From assembly GCA_964035545.1 (NCBI GenBank), contig OZ037771.1, forward strand, positions 5,241,190 to 5,305,189: a stretch of 64,000 nt of DNA, read 5' to 3'. The translations under genes and the position numbers were made by a program. This DNA is from Bugula neritina (taxonomy: Eukaryota > Animalia > Bryozoa). Shown here piece by piece: positions 24,601 through 38,775 of the stretch. The notes under the pieces are model-generated. The model was not told the origin of the DNA, searched no databases, and saw only the letters and a program-made list of their open reading frames with translations. Numbering within the stretch: the stretch's first letter is position 1; every line of letters starts with the position of its first letter.

Positions 24601-27600
24601 CTCTTGGTTGTTTTTCCGGAACATTCCTTATATGCTGTGATAGAAAACCAGAACTCCCTGTTTTCTGAAATATATTAGAGAACGGTGTTTCTAATACTAT
24701 CCTTAACCGCACTTTCGCTTTAAAAGTTACTATAAATTAAATATATTAGCCATGGTGAGCATTCATAGACCATCTTTAATCATATTGAATAGACATTTAA
24801 ATTACTATAAATTAAAGATCTTAGTCATCCTGAGCCTTCACGAACTATCTAAAATTATAATTAATATACATGTTGCAATAACATCATGACGGGGCTAGTT
24901 ACAAATTCATTTGAAAAAGTTCATATACGGCTAGTTGCTTACCAAACCAAAGAATCCAAAAACAGTTAATAAAAATAAGTACAAGTCCCATTATTACGAT
25001 TGTGAACACAATATTTGATGAATCAAGTGATACATATTACCTTATTAGGCTTCTTCAATATAGCAGGATCAGTAGAAAGGCAGTAAGGCAGGAATATTGT
25101 GGATGACTTTTTCTTCACCTGCATCTTAGGTGAGTCACCAGTAAGGCTGCTGAAGATATCAATTTGAGAGTTGTCCCTCTTTGCTAATCCGTACACATCT
25201 CGTTCTTCTTTTGCCTCTAAGTAAAACATGTTGCCAATCTGTGTTAACTATTACTACTAGTCAATACTTGAAAACTCAATAAATGTTTGAAAACTGCTAT
25301 AAAATTCAAAGATTCAAAAACTCTAGAGTTACTAGTGTGTGCTAAACTAACTTTAAATACTACAATAGAATATAGTTTAATTGCTTTTCCAGGAGAGCAT
25401 AGCATATAATGTGTGCTTGCAAGTAAACAAAAGTTCATTGTGTGTGCATGTGCGTATATGCATTATATATACATATATACACATAGTAATGACATACCAT
25501 TTAACCATACTTTAGATTTTAGAACAATAACGTTAATTTATAATATATACACTTACTTTTATCACTGACATTCTCTGCGCCAATTCTACAAAACATAGTA
25601 CAAAACTATAATGGCAAGTCAACTGCTAGCAAAACATCTATTAATCCCATTACTTGTAAAACAATGTCCTAATCCAACTAGTTTAAAGCAAATACAAATA
25701 ATAAAAACATATAGGAAGAGTGTATCACAGTCCCATACCAGGACAACATAACATGGTCTTGCAACATTACCTTTCTTCACTTTTGTGATGATCATTGTAC
25801 ACTGAACCAACATCTTTCTTCCTTCTTTTGGGACTTTTACTAGAGCTAGAATTTCTGGCTTCCTTTGGTAGCCTGGTATATGAACTGCTGGCACTTGTGG
25901 AGGATATCACTGGTTTCTTTTGTGAACTTCTTCTGCTGCGGTCAGAGGCAGATTGACTACTGCTATCCGTGGAATACCTCGGCCTGTGAGACTTGGGACT
26001 TTGCCCGCTTTTTCTACCACCTCTGCTGCTACTATCTAGAGAAGTTGAAGAATCAGAGTTGCTAGATTCACGTCTTCTTTCTACAACAAAGCATGTGCAC
26101 CTTGAAAATGGTTTCATTAAATAACTTAGTTTATATACATATTACACGACTATATAACTGTTACATACAGTATATTTACCATTCTATACAACAAGAGCTA
26201 ACACCACCGATCAAATGATTACAAAACATATTTTTAGGAGCATTTACAGAGCCACAAAACCCATGAGTGGTATGCACATGCATGTAATTACAACCAATGA
26301 ATACTTTTCTAATGTTTCTTTTGGCGCGACTATACTTTGAAATAACTTTTTTTCGGTATTGAGCAAGAGCCTGCACAAAAAACTATGGAATTTACTATTA
26401 GTTTCTTCCTTTACAAGATATATATTTTGACAACAGTTTGAAGTTAACTATATAATTAAATTTTCACATATAGCCTACTTTTAAAAATAACTTAACTAAG
26501 AGCTTATTTTTAGTGATTATATGTCAGTTTTAGTTGCTAGATTAAGTAGCACGCAACAGTTCTCCCTGGTCCCTTTTATTTGACACAATATCATTGTAAA
26601 CAATATCAAAACATGCAATACTTGACCATGCTATAATGTGACAGCTAGTTAGCTGCCTACATTAAATAAAATGCTGCAATATTGAACACCTATGTTCTAG
26701 ACTCAAATTTCCAGGAATAGCTCAAACCAGTTCTCGTTGACTTATTTTTAATGTCTGCTAAAATTTTCAGGTTTATGGAATTTTGGAGGCAAACTACATT
26801 GTCAGCACAAAGCTCTTACAGATATTTATTAAATGTAGAAACTGTTTTAATGGTCCATAATAAGAAAACCTTATGATCTGTCTATCCAATGAATAGTAAA
26901 GCTATTGTTGGAGAATATTTAATTTTAAATACAACATGATCTCTTATTTTACATAATATGATTGTCAAAGTTCAATAGTTTACAAGTCGACTGAAAAAGT
27001 CTAAATATATGGGTAGGTAACATTAGCTATAATAAACATGCACTTATTAGTATTTTATTTGACAAATGAAAGAGGTTTTTCTTCTATTGCAAAAAACTTC
27101 TCAATTTTTTCTGTGGCATTTGCAGTTGCTAATTTTTTGTAAATGCTTCTTTGAATTTCACCTGTTTACCTGCTGCTACCAAAGTAAAGACCTGGCCCAG
27201 ACCTTAGTGAAAACTTCACACCAACAGCAAAATAGGACTGTTTTGCTTGGATTTCATAAAATTCAACATGCTAAACAAATACTAAAAAAAGTAACTGGGT
27301 AGTATTTCGCAATTTCACTTTTTATGTTTTAGTTTAACATTCTTGTTCTACCAAATACACTTTTATTCTTTTATTGAGAATGGAGAATGAAATTTGAAAA
27401 CGAATTAATTTTGCAATGTTTGTCATTAAATTTAAGAGTAAATACCATTGGCAACTTAGATTAAGCTTCAGCTAGCAACATAATGTGCATGCCAAGAAAC
27501 TTGCAGCAAGTTTCTATCAAATATGGCTACGCACACGGAATTCCACTCTATGTGACAATATTTTAATATAATTTGGCAAAACATCGAAAAAAATCTATTA

Positions 27601-30600
27601 AGGTATTAAGGTATTAAGTTACTATGAATGATATCGTATCTAGCTACTTAAAAAAAATATTTTCACATGTTATGCAATAGTTTATCAAAAATCAGCCAAA
27701 GCCATCATTTTTTTGCATTATTGCATTCAAGTGCATTATATTGAAATGGTTTTCAAAACAAGATATAGTGGCTTCTATATGCTTATTACTTAAAAGTATA
27801 AGAGCTTGCACTTAGTAATATTGCTAAGGACTTTAGTTTTTTCTGCTAAAACCCTAACTCAATAGTTAAGAACAAAACTTCAACAGTCTTCAGAATCTGG
27901 TTGAAACTAGAAATATACTTTATTATAAGAGTACAACATGTTCGCAGCATAAAATACATCAGTAAGTCCAATAATAACAGTATTTACAACTCGATTTAAA
28001 GAGACTTTTTGTGAGAAGGTCTAAGATTGGGGGTAGAAGTGACAATTTATCCAAATCAGTGAATAACTGCAAAGCCTTTTTCAACCTTGCAACTTTATAT
28101 AATGACCACGCAGCCTTGTACAGAAAATAGCTTCAGCTTGAATTCGCTTCCAGTTCAAGAAGGTAATCCTGCCATATTATCGTGATTTTTGGCTCAAACT
28201 GAAATTAAAAATTTTAAAAATTGATATGTACTTGAACATAAAAAAAACTGCACAAACTAGTAATAAATTAGGATTTCAATAAATAAATATAAAACATTAG
28301 TTTTCTTACCCAGCTATACAAAAGTAAGATGATGAGAAGGTTCTCCAAGATTTTGTCTTTTTCAATCCACAGGCTAGAGTGCAGATGGAATTTACATGAC
28401 ATGCTACGCTATTGTTTTAACTAAACGATCTTTTATAATAAGAAAATCCTTTTCCAGTTTTGTATGATATTAGAGAACCAGTTGCCATATTGTGTCCACA
28501 AATTAGTAAAAGCTGCACAGTGTCAATATAGGAAACTGGTGGCCGTTGATTGATATCATCCCCCTGATCAATCCTTTGACTGAGCTTAACTGTATCAATA
28601 GTTGGAGTTACAAGAGTATGAAGAATTTTGTAGTCCAGTTTTTGAGGCGCACTTTGTTCTACAGTTTTCCAGTATTTGATGATTATAAAAAACTTGATAA
28701 TCAGGCTTGTACCTCCTCTTTCAGAAAAATCTTTAAATGCTTCAACTCCCCATGTTTTAAACTTCTTTATAGCTATTACATCCTTTTCCATCAAATTGCA
28801 GTTATCAGTTTAAATGGCATCCAACTTGAAAACTTGGATGCTATGTGCAAATGCAACCCTTTGTGCAGCCTATTACATTACTTACTTTGATATTATACAC
28901 AATACCAGTATGACATAACAATAATAATTAGCCTGAGCAACCACCTGTAATACTTGATGGGCTTTTTACTAGGTTAATTAGGCCGCTAAAAATGTCAACC
29001 GCAAACAAGCTTGCAAAATTCTGCAGTAAGTTACACAGTTACACAATTTGTTCAACTACTAAACTGAGTGTTAACATTATTTCCATTTTATAGAGAGAGA
29101 CACTAATGATAAAAACGATAGGCTTCATGGAAATCTTATATTTTGTTTTGCAAATTTTATGTACTGGCTTTTTTCAATAAGGTTTATCTTGTACCCACCA
29201 ACAGAAAGCAACTTGGCTACATTGGAAAAAGAATCTGTGGTCAACCCAACACTCACAAAGCAGTGCTCTGCCTTATTAGTGGTTGACAAGGATCTAAGTA
29301 ATTAGTCTCTGCAAATACTTACTTCTATTAACAGACTTATGACTGCTTCTGCTAGAAACACTTGAGGCCCGACTATATCTTCTTTTTTCATCCCATGATT
29401 TTTCTATAAATATTATATAGGTTGGGAAACAACTTACACACATGCACACATATATAACTCAACATTTCATGGTGCTTAAAAGTAAAGAAGCAATAGAAAT
29501 TGTATCATAATGAGCTTCCACACTCAGTTGTTGATCCTTACCTCTGCTTTGAGAGTGATGGCTTTCAGATCTACTCACATCAGGTCTACAGAGTTAAAAG
29601 ACAGCATGTCATAAACACTCTAAAGCTAGATAATTAGTGCAGAGAAGTACGAATGTAGCCAATTGCAAAATTTCTAAACAAACCTGGTGGAGGTTACTAA
29701 AGATTCTTGGTTGGCTTCAGTAGTGTTTAGAGCTTCCAGTTTCTCCTTTGCAATTGAATGAGATGAATCATACATCAGTATCTCTTCATAACATTCTTGA
29801 GCGGAACTCTTCTTATCTGTGTCTTCTAGACTACAAAATCAGAGCATTTTATATATAAACAATATAACACTGCTGAAACACACTATCCTACAGAAATACT
29901 ATGAATAGGATGACACTCACTCTCTGGCATATGCCAGTAAAGTCTGTATCAAATAGTCTTTCGCATTTTGGTGTTGTGAGTTGACTTTTAAGGCATGTCG
30001 AAAGTCCTCCAATGCTCTGTGGTAACTCTCATTGTTGGCATATCTGTAGATGGAAAGAAAACAGAAACTAATTAAATAGTATCATAGTAAAATATTTTCC
30101 TTCTAAAAGTTTAGTTTTCCCAACGTATATGATCCCTGATTTGTAAATAAGCTGACTGTTCAAATGCTCAAAATATTTAGCTTCTGTACCTGAAAAGACG
30201 CCTATTTTGCACTTACAAAGCACCTCTTGCCACTAGAGCCTCTACATTATCAACATCAATATCTAATGCCTTGTTGTACATAATAAGAGCTTCATTATGA
30301 CCTCCACTTTTATATAGTTTCACTCCTTCAATAACACTGTAAACAAACACTATATAAATAAGAAGCAAATATAGAAGATAAACATACAAACATTTGAACA
30401 ATTTTGTTTTTACAGTGTAATAATATAAATCATTATAATATACTGGGCATGCAAAAGCTTCTAATTTCAATTAATATATTCCATTAATGATTAGATCCAG
30501 GCCAAGCTCAAAAAGTAGAATTAAACTGGAAAAACAGCTACTACATGTAGATGCAGTTACCTTTGAATAGCATGAAGCTTGGATTGCTTTTTTCTTAAAG

Positions 30601-32360
30601 CGAGTGCAGTCTCTTCTGGTGGTATTGTCTCACTACAAGAAAACACACATTGAACAGAAAATATAATATAAAAAGCGTTTACACAGCTAATAATAATCAA
30701 CAACCAACACCAACCTAATGACGCGATGAAATAGGGAAGACATTCCGATGTCCTCACTTATACCCAGCTGTTTACAGACTCTCTGGGTAAGACCAGGGCT
30801 TTGAAATGTTAAACTAGATGTGAGAATTTGGCTATAACTGAGATCCTCTGACATGCACATCGTCTTGTAAGATGATGGCAGGTCTTCAGATCTCATTAAA
30901 CCCTAAAACAGATTAGAAGAGCACTAAGAAGGAGTGGTCAATCTAACAACCTAGCTTCAAGTAATATACTATAATTTTAGTAGTAAAACGATAATCAAAA
31001 CCTTTAAATAACACAATATTTTATAAAAAGAGTAAAATTTTGAAGCATGAACTACAGGGAGAAACATACCACAAGGCGCCCTACTAACCAATTCTAATTC
31101 CCCTTCCAGTCGAGCAGGTAAGTCTCTTTTTAAGAGAGAAATTTGAATTTTCTCATTATGAAGGCTAATGCCAATCACAACCCCTGAAACAATACACAAA
31201 TGGTATACTAGGGAATTAAATTTAGTATATACGAGAACAGAACAGTAATAAGCTCTTTCGTGTAAAGTTCAAGCTTATGAACATATTTACTACACAAAAT
31301 CATGGCCAAAATTTGTTTGGTTACAAAGTAACACCCAAGGAAACTGTTTCACACTTATGCTTACCAGATACTTTGTCCTTCACAGTAAATATATCTGAGA
31401 CTTCTCTCGTATGTCCATATAAAATTTCATGTATGTCACGGGAAGAACAGTGTGCCTAGACAATAATTCACATATTATATAGGTGTATGCACATTAAATA
31501 AACAAATCATTACAAAATATCATTATAGAAAGTCTTTATCAAAATCATACCATGATTTTAAGATGATCAATTTCTCTATTTCGCTTATAAGCAAAACAAA
31601 GCAGAACTAGATCAAGGCCAGTATCTTTGACTGCAAGAACTGAACAGCAAACAACATCGCCAATTTCTATTTCTTGAAGGAATCTGTCTCTCTGCAGTCT
31701 TGTACTCTTCAGACACATCATCGAGTCAAATGGTGGCACGAAATCATCTGAATCAACCACAAAACATACATGTATGCTGCATTGAAAAGTATCTCTGTAA
31801 AAAATGTGACCATGAAAGCAGACGTACTAACCCTTAGAAAAGATTTGAGGATGACTGGAAGTTGTTGAAAATTTTTCAAAATTGCTTGTAAGAGGACTTT
31901 TCAGGCCTTTAAATGTTTTAACCATTGCCGAAAGTTCACTAAAAATAGTATCAATCTCAATTTCAATAAACAAAATACTACTTAGTTTTATGCTACTGCT
32001 GATAATTAATATAAATGCACATATTGTTACAGCTATCAATTCTTACCTTGCTGCATCTTTTGGTAAATTAGATAAAGTGTTACTCCTATGCATAAATGAA
32101 GAAGAAAGTTGTGAGGAATCATAAGCTAAACTTGAGTTTGATGGAATAGAAAGTGGTGGTGATTGTACACTTGAACCAAAACGCTCAGCACGAGGCTGAG
32201 TCCCGTTAAAGTCTACTATATCTAATTTTCCTGAGCGAGCTGCACCGTGCCCATAATCCACAACACTAGGTTTTCCATACAGACTAATGTCAATGGCGTC
32301 CAAGTCCTCCTGGCGAACATTATCCTGCTTGCCAACACTTTCATTAATATTATATGCCAT
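21678..32360 (-). CDS. TTC14: Tetratricopeptide repeat protein 14-like (S1 domain, TPRs, Ser/Arg/Lys-rich tail), ~18 exons
   Basis: Exons approx. 32360-32047, 31977-31832, 31747-31551 (FVPPFDSMM...[15 protein letters not shown]1 region), 31456-31365, 31183-31068, 30902-30720, 30632-30561, 30337-30217 ([21 protein letters not shown]), 30043-29921 ([14 protein letters not shown]...NAKDYL), 29831-29684, 29585-29541, 29403-29322, 26080-25771, 25216-25041, 24660-24112 (RS-rich), 23986-23895, 22135-22052, 21859-21678 ([16 protein letters not shown]). Confidence 0.88.
23322..23395 (-). mobile_element. fragment of SINE family T2 core
   Basis: Reverse complement tgtgatgttaggaaggccagtcagtca matches the core of 33232-33470. 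Confidence 0.45.
28090..28794 (-). pseudogene. decayed transposon-derived gene (SAP-like + SWIM-like motifs) in a TTC14 intron
   Basis: [13 protein letters not shown] (SAP-like), [12 protein letters not shown], then ..YFCIAG|gtaag (SWIM-like C-x-AG); interrupted by frameshifts and stops. Confidence 0.4.
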
Positions 32361-33231
32361 AGGTATATTTCTAAAAAATATTGAGTAGACAATAAATTAA
32401 ATATATGACAGCTAGTTGCTGAAGTGTCCGTTTTCATAAATATCTTTGAAAATAATCTAAAGGAAAATTTGAGTATGATAATGAATAATTATAGACATTA
32501 CTAAGAATATTGAACTATAACCCTATAAAACTTAGTTTCAGTTCAGTGACTAAGAATATTGAGCAAAGTGAACAGGCCATCCTGTCTGTCCCTGTTAATA
32601 TGACTAATTGTTTAGCTGGTAAATGAAGAATAATTTTTAAAATGAAGTGCATGATTACTAATAAATAAAACTGATATAGAAAATAAAATGATAATATTAT
32701 AACAACTAAACAGTAATTCTATGATTTTCATATCATTTAATACTGTTGTTTACTGCAAAAGTTAGAAGTCACAGTTATAAGAAGTTACAAATAGCCTGAT
32801 GTATGTATGAAAATTAACTCATCACTTCAATTTAAATATGAATATCATGAACGTAATAGCATACAGAAATTAAAAACTTTTATTCTTCACTATATATTTC
32901 AAGCTTATTTCAACACTTGCCATTTTTTGAAAGTGTAAAGCAATATTACAAGAAAACATGAATTAGAAACAATATATGAAGTTTAAATTTTAAGATAACA
33001 TGAAGAGAAATTAAAATGGACTAATATCTATTTTATTTTAAGTTATAATTCTGAGGACTTTATTCCCCAAGATGAGCAAAATTAAATTTAAAAAGTACTC
33101 TTAAAAAATTAGGAATAACTCAAACACTTTATTGACTAAACTGAAAGCAGACTAGTGATAGATAAATAAGGCAGTAACTACACTCAAAGTTCAGTGAGTA
33201 GTTTTTTACTATGATTATCATTTTACATCTG

Positions 33232-33470
33232 AGGGAGCAGCCGTAGTTTTGTGGTTAGAGCACTGGCCTAGCAAACACAAGGTCAGTGGTTCAAATCACA
33301 ATAAAGGCTGTTGGTGATGTTAAGAAGGGCATTCAGTCACAGTTGCTCCTTTGCCAGAATAGAAAACAAGTCCTTAGCTTGCTTTAAAAGACCCTTTCGG
33401 TCAGGAATTCTCACAGCTGACAGTGACAGCTGTGAAACCTAGAAAGCGCAAATTAAAGGGAATTTTTTGC
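33232..33470 (+). mobile_element. tRNA-headed SINE (family T2)
   Basis: A box-like tagttttgtggttagagc, B box ggttcaaatc, core ggtgatgttaagaagggcattcagtc; colinear with the minus-strand copy at 59960-60210. Confidence 0.75.
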
Positions 33471-33619
33471 TGTAAGTTTTATGATGTGTGACAACCAAGA
33501 TACTTTGCACAAGTGTCTGAATATACAACAATATATTTTTATTAACATATAAGCCATCAGCATCGAATTTTTTGTTCAATTGTACACCTTACAAGCTCAA
33601 AGTTTTATTAAACATAAAT

Positions 33620-34030
33620 ATAACACCAGTTTGCATATTACAGTTCAGTGAGGTCAAAGTTGGAATATGGTTGTCAGGTGTGGGATCCTGTTTTAAAAAA
33701 AGTTATTAAAATTATTAAAAAAGTTCAAAATAAAGCATTGCGTTTTATTTTTTCTATAAGATCACAAGTAAGCTACAGTAATCTGCTAGAAGCCACAGGA
33801 ATTAAATCCATGAAAGACCGCCGAAAAGAATTACGGCAAAAACTATTTTTCAAGTGTATAGAAAATAATTTAATAAATCAAGGATATGTCGGTCCACAAC
33901 CTCCAATTAATACCAGACAACACAAGTTTTTCTTGACTGCAATATCTTCAAAAGTATATTTTCACTCTTTTTATCCTCGAACTACTAGAGAGTTGAGAGA
34001 TGGAATTTAGACTAGAGTGTTGGTTTTTAT
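33620..34030 (+). mobile_element. 5'-truncated LINE (CR1/L2-like) 3' fragment
   Basis: VRSKLEYGCQVWDP...IKKVQNKALRFI...SFYPRTTRE, typical C-terminal region after the RT. Confidence 0.8.
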
Positions 34031-36546
34031 ACTTTTTTACTTACATTTTACTACGAAACCCTATAACTAAAGAAAAATAAAATAAAATAAATGAACGATC
34101 TAATATAAAAAAAGAGTTTATACGTATTATATGCATATATTATGTATATGCATATATCGAGTTCCCATGCATTCACCCTCCAGGGGTTCTTAGTGGGAAA
34201 CTCCCCCAAACTGAACTGAACCTCATTAGAGTAATAAACACTTTGGCATCTACAGCGCAACACCTCTTTTAATTAATTGTAGATCCTACTTCCAAAGAAT
34301 GAAATAATCCAATTGCTTGTTAGCAGAAACAGATAGTGAAGCTATAAAAAAGCTTGTAAAGTTAGGGCATATAATATTACAACCTAGGCAAATACTGGCA
34401 AATACGCATACACTTTAGATCCTTCAGAAACAGGCTAACTATTTAAGGGTTTGCATTTCAACAAGTTTAGCTTGTCTTTTCATAAAATCTTTATAATTGT
34501 GAAACCATGAACACTTAAGCCATACAAAAAGACGTTTTGATCAGAAATATATTTGAATATATTTGTTTATTAGTTATTGTATCTAATGTTAAAAACTTGT
34601 CGGTGGGAGACTAGAAGTAGATACAAGAGTTCTTAATATTGTATCACAAATATTTGCCCACTTCATCTCTAGGGATATTTTTGTAACGTGAGGACACATA
34701 AATCATTAAAAGTATCAACTACGAGCATCACTAATAGTCAAACCCAACATTCAGTATCACTCATAATCATTATCACATAAACAGTAACACTAACATAAAC
34801 AATTACAAGTGTAACTATTATTATGAACCAACAATTACAAGCTCAACATGAACAATTAATAGTAATACTTATACTTGTAGTTATACTACTAGTGGCTCAA
34901 GCTGTAGCACTAACTGCAAGTGCAAGACAAAGAGTCAGAGTGGGTGTTGTGTAAAACTGTTACTAGTTAGTGTTACTGCTAGTGCCAAACTAATACTTGC
35001 TACTACATTAACTCGTTGATGATGACGATCATGATGATGGTGACATTCACTCGTTACTGTGGGTGTAACTGTAAGGCTAAGAGTTAGACTTAGGTCTTAA
35101 AGTAAGTCCAATGGTAAGATAGGACTGAGTGTTAGTGTAACAGTAATCCAGTAACTTACTAGCTTACAGAGTTACACTTACTCATACTGATACTCATACT
35201 GACACTCTCATTTTCATTTTGCCCCTCAGCAACGCTAAAAGTAAAAGCTAAAGCAAAAATAAGTAAGAATGTTAATGTTATCATTATCAGTGTGAGTGTA
35301 ACAGTAAGTGTAACACTAACAGCAACTTCACTGTAAAACTAACACTAACACTCTAAAGTCTAACAGTAACTCACTCACACTTAACAGCAGCACTAACACA
35401 AACAGCAGCTGTAAGTGTTAGAGTAAGGTTTAAATAAAGATGAAACTAAATTTAGGTAATTAACTTTAATATTCTTAATTTTAAATTATATTTGATTTCA
35501 TAATATTAATTATATTAATATTATAAACTTCAACTTTAAGATTCAGATTGGGCAAAGTGAAAGATTAAGATGTTAATGTTAACGTTATACTTGTACTCTT
35601 TTATGATCTGAAGTTTTAACTTTTCAATTGGAAAATTCCTTTATACGGGGTGGGAGGAAGCTTCAGTTATTTAGTTGTGTACTTCAATTTTTGTTATATA
35701 GCATAATATTTTAATCTTGGTGATCAAACTCAAAGCTTCTGGCTCGTCCACTGATTCCAAAATTACAATAAATGTAATTTTACAATAAATGTAATTTTAC
35801 GGGATGCGCGAATAAGTTAAATTCTAGCGAATCAAATGTTTGTTTGACTTCGGAAGGTTCTAATTATTTATGTTATAATATTTTACTTATAAAAAAATCA
35901 AACCGATTCAGGTAACACATGAAGTATCTATATAATTATATTAGTCATATTGACAATGATGTTATACATGTTGTATACGTATCTTGAATTGTATGGTGAT
36001 GCTCATAGTAAACTAAACTATGCGGTGCTTTTAGTAGAATAATCATTTATTGTGAGTAGACCAACTCGTTACAGGCTCGAGTTATCTTTTCTATGCAACA
36101 AACCGTCGATGTCTTGATTGCGCGGTTCCGTTACTTTCTCGTTTTGGCAATGGCCAGTGGTGTACCCAAATTAAAATTTGTTAGCTTTTAAAATAAGTCT
36201 TTCACTCTCTCTGCCCGTTAGACGAGAGTGTAGGTGCAAGTGTGAATGTTTTCTTTTGTAATAAATTACCATGTTACTTTCCTCTAAGTTTTAACCAATC
36301 ATTACCAGTACGATTGTGCGAAACCTGAAGTGTTAGTTTTTACAATTGATATTAAATTTAATTTTAATATTATTATTAATTAATATTACCATTAGTATTA
36401 CTATTGCTATATTGGTATTTAATTTTGATTTTCACATCCATATTGTGATTGTCATAGTTGATAGTCATAGTGATGCTGATGGTGATAGGGACATACCGAT
36501 GCTGATACTGATAATCATACTCATAGTGATACTGAAATTGAAATAG

Positions 36547-37102
36547 TGTAGTAGTTTTGTGGGTTATAGAATGAAATCAGGCAGAGAACATAACTCCTTG
36601 TTATAGAAGAGACAAGCGAGAGAGGTTGCCGTGTGCTTGCAGTACTTTATTGTAGTAGAGAGAAGTGTCCAGTGTGAGCTCCAGTCCGCAAGTGACTGAA
36701 GCTCTAAAATGTGTGTCCTTTTATACCAGTGGAACAAAGGACCTCTAGAACCTTCTACCGACAGTGGGCCGATGTTCGGCAGAGGATACCGACATTCGTC
36801 ATGTCGGTAACCGACACTGGAAATATCGGCAACCGACATTCGGTCTGCCTGCATCCACCTGCCGAAATCGGTCCAACTGTCGGTTTACATGAATCAGCAA
36901 AAATGAACGCAACCAAGTGTATGCGTATTGTAACTTATAATTGGGGAAGGGGGATTAAATGTTTACTATGCCAAAGGCTTAATAATAGCCATAGTATTTA
37001 AGGTATTAGAAAGTTACGCCATAGACTTAGCTGTAACTACAGTATTTAGAAAAATAGCCATAAGTAATGTGTCAAGGGGGATAATTCCTAATATTTACCA
37101 CA
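36547..37102 (-). mobile_element. solo LTR (family S), 556 bp
   Basis: TG...CA termini, 4-bp TSD ATAG at 36543-36546 and 37103-37106, minus-strand TATAAAA at 36725-36719 and AATAAA at 36651-36646; homologous to 11942-12495. Confidence 0.9.
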
Positions 37103-37654
37103 ATAGTCAGTATAATAGTCATAGAAATAGTGAGTCAAATACACCTGGTGACTTACAGTTACTCTTAATGACTCACAGTTACAGTCAGTCACTCCGTCTC
37201 TATCAGTAAAACTAAATCACAGTCACAATGATACTCATAATCACTAATCAGTGTAAGTATCAGTGTCACAAATAATAATTTCAAGCATATTGATATTCAT
37301 ATTGTTTTTAATGCCTGTGTATTAAGTTCAATACTTAATAATTATTATGAATAAATGATAATATACATATTAAATATAATTCATTAAATTTAATTGAGTT
37401 ATAGCTTTACTAATAGTAATACTAATAGCATTAGTAATACCTATTCTGTTAGTGTAAGGGTTATACTATAGTAATAGTTAATTAGTTTTTATATTGACAA
37501 TTACAATCAGAATGAACATGTGTAAGAGTTAGACTTAGACTGAGACTTGAAGTATCAGTATTATTTTGGCTGTGTTAGTATTACTATGAGTATGGGTATG
37601 AGCATCAGTCTGAATATAACTCTATGTTTGATTAGATTACCAATAGGCAGTATC

Positions 37655-38090
37655 AGTGAAAGTAAGCTACTGGCTTACACTAGTTTGTGCCATCCCATTG
37701 CCGAGTATGTAGATACTGTGTGGGATCCAACCTTAGCATTGAGTCATCTTGAAATGCTACAGCACAGGGTGGTTAGGTTTATTGCTGGATTGAAGAGACG
37801 AGAAAGTGTCACCAAGGCATGCTTTCAGCTTGACCTTCAGCCTCTCAAACAGAGACGCAGGACTCACCGACTCAATCTTCTCATGAAAATTTTGCAGGAA
37901 GAAGAACAACACTCAAGATTGGCAATAGCTGCAATGAAGTCATACGAAAACGCTAGAGTATAGCAATAACAACTAAGTCTGCTGCACGCAGTGAACTAAC
38001 ATCTAGATATTCAAACTCACAAGTATACCATGGTAGTTTTTTACCAAAAACCATTAGAGACAGCAGAAGGTCCACATAAAAAAAATCAAA
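37655..38090 (+). mobile_element. 5'-truncated, frameshifted LINE (CR1/L2-like) 3' fragment
   Basis: KLLAYTSLCHPIAEYVDTVWDP...LEMLQHRVVRFI...; SFLPKTIRD in a shifted frame; A-rich end. Confidence 0.78.
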
Positions 38091-38438
38091 AATAATTGTC
38101 ACAATTACCACCTAACCACTAATCCACACTGTAAAACAAATGAGGCACTTCTATAACCCTCAGTGTTTCCAAGTGTCCTACGAGTATGAGTATCAGTATG
38201 GGACTGAGTATCACAACCACAATAAATAAATATAATGAACTTCAACATGAAAGTAATGAACATACTCATTACTAATAGAATTAGATTTATAGTAGTGTAA
38301 ATAATGTATTTTACTATTAGTATTATTAATTCACTAATAAATATAATTTCTATTGTAGTAATTAAATTAAATAATAATATATTTTATTGACTTTGAATTA
38401 CAGATCAATCATATTCCTATTGATAGTGATAGTAATAC

Positions 38439-38742
38439 TGTGGTGGCTCGTGGAGCTACCAGCAACACAATACGCAAGGTTGCGTATTGACCCGGAACAA
38501 TGTATTAGCCAATTAACTAAGCTGTTTGATAAGTAATAGTAGCCGCTTCGCGCTACTAGCTCAGTGGAGGATAGTGCTGTAAATTAAGTAGACGTGCGTA
38601 TCATTACTGTTGTGCATTGGATTTTATTATGTATTCTTGTATTAAATATAACAATATCTACTCGACTTAACTGGTGAAGTTTCTCTAGTGTTAAATAGAC
38701 TCTCTTGGTGGCACATCAACCCTAAATCTGAAAATTATAACA
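38439..38742 (+). repeat. 5' LTR
   Basis: tgtggtggctcg...aattataaca; identical by eye to 45579-45882. Confidence 0.97.
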
Positions 38743-38743
38743 G

Positions 38744-38761
38744 TGGTGGCAGCAGTGGGAT
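38744..38761 (+). promoter_or_regulatory. primer binding site, tRNA-Leu type
   Basis: TGGTGGCAGCAGTGGGAT one base after the LTR; complementary, with about one difference, to the 3' end ATCCCACCGCTGCCA-CCA of eukaryotic tRNA-Leu. Confidence 0.85.
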
Positions 38762-38775
38762 AGTGTATATCAAAG

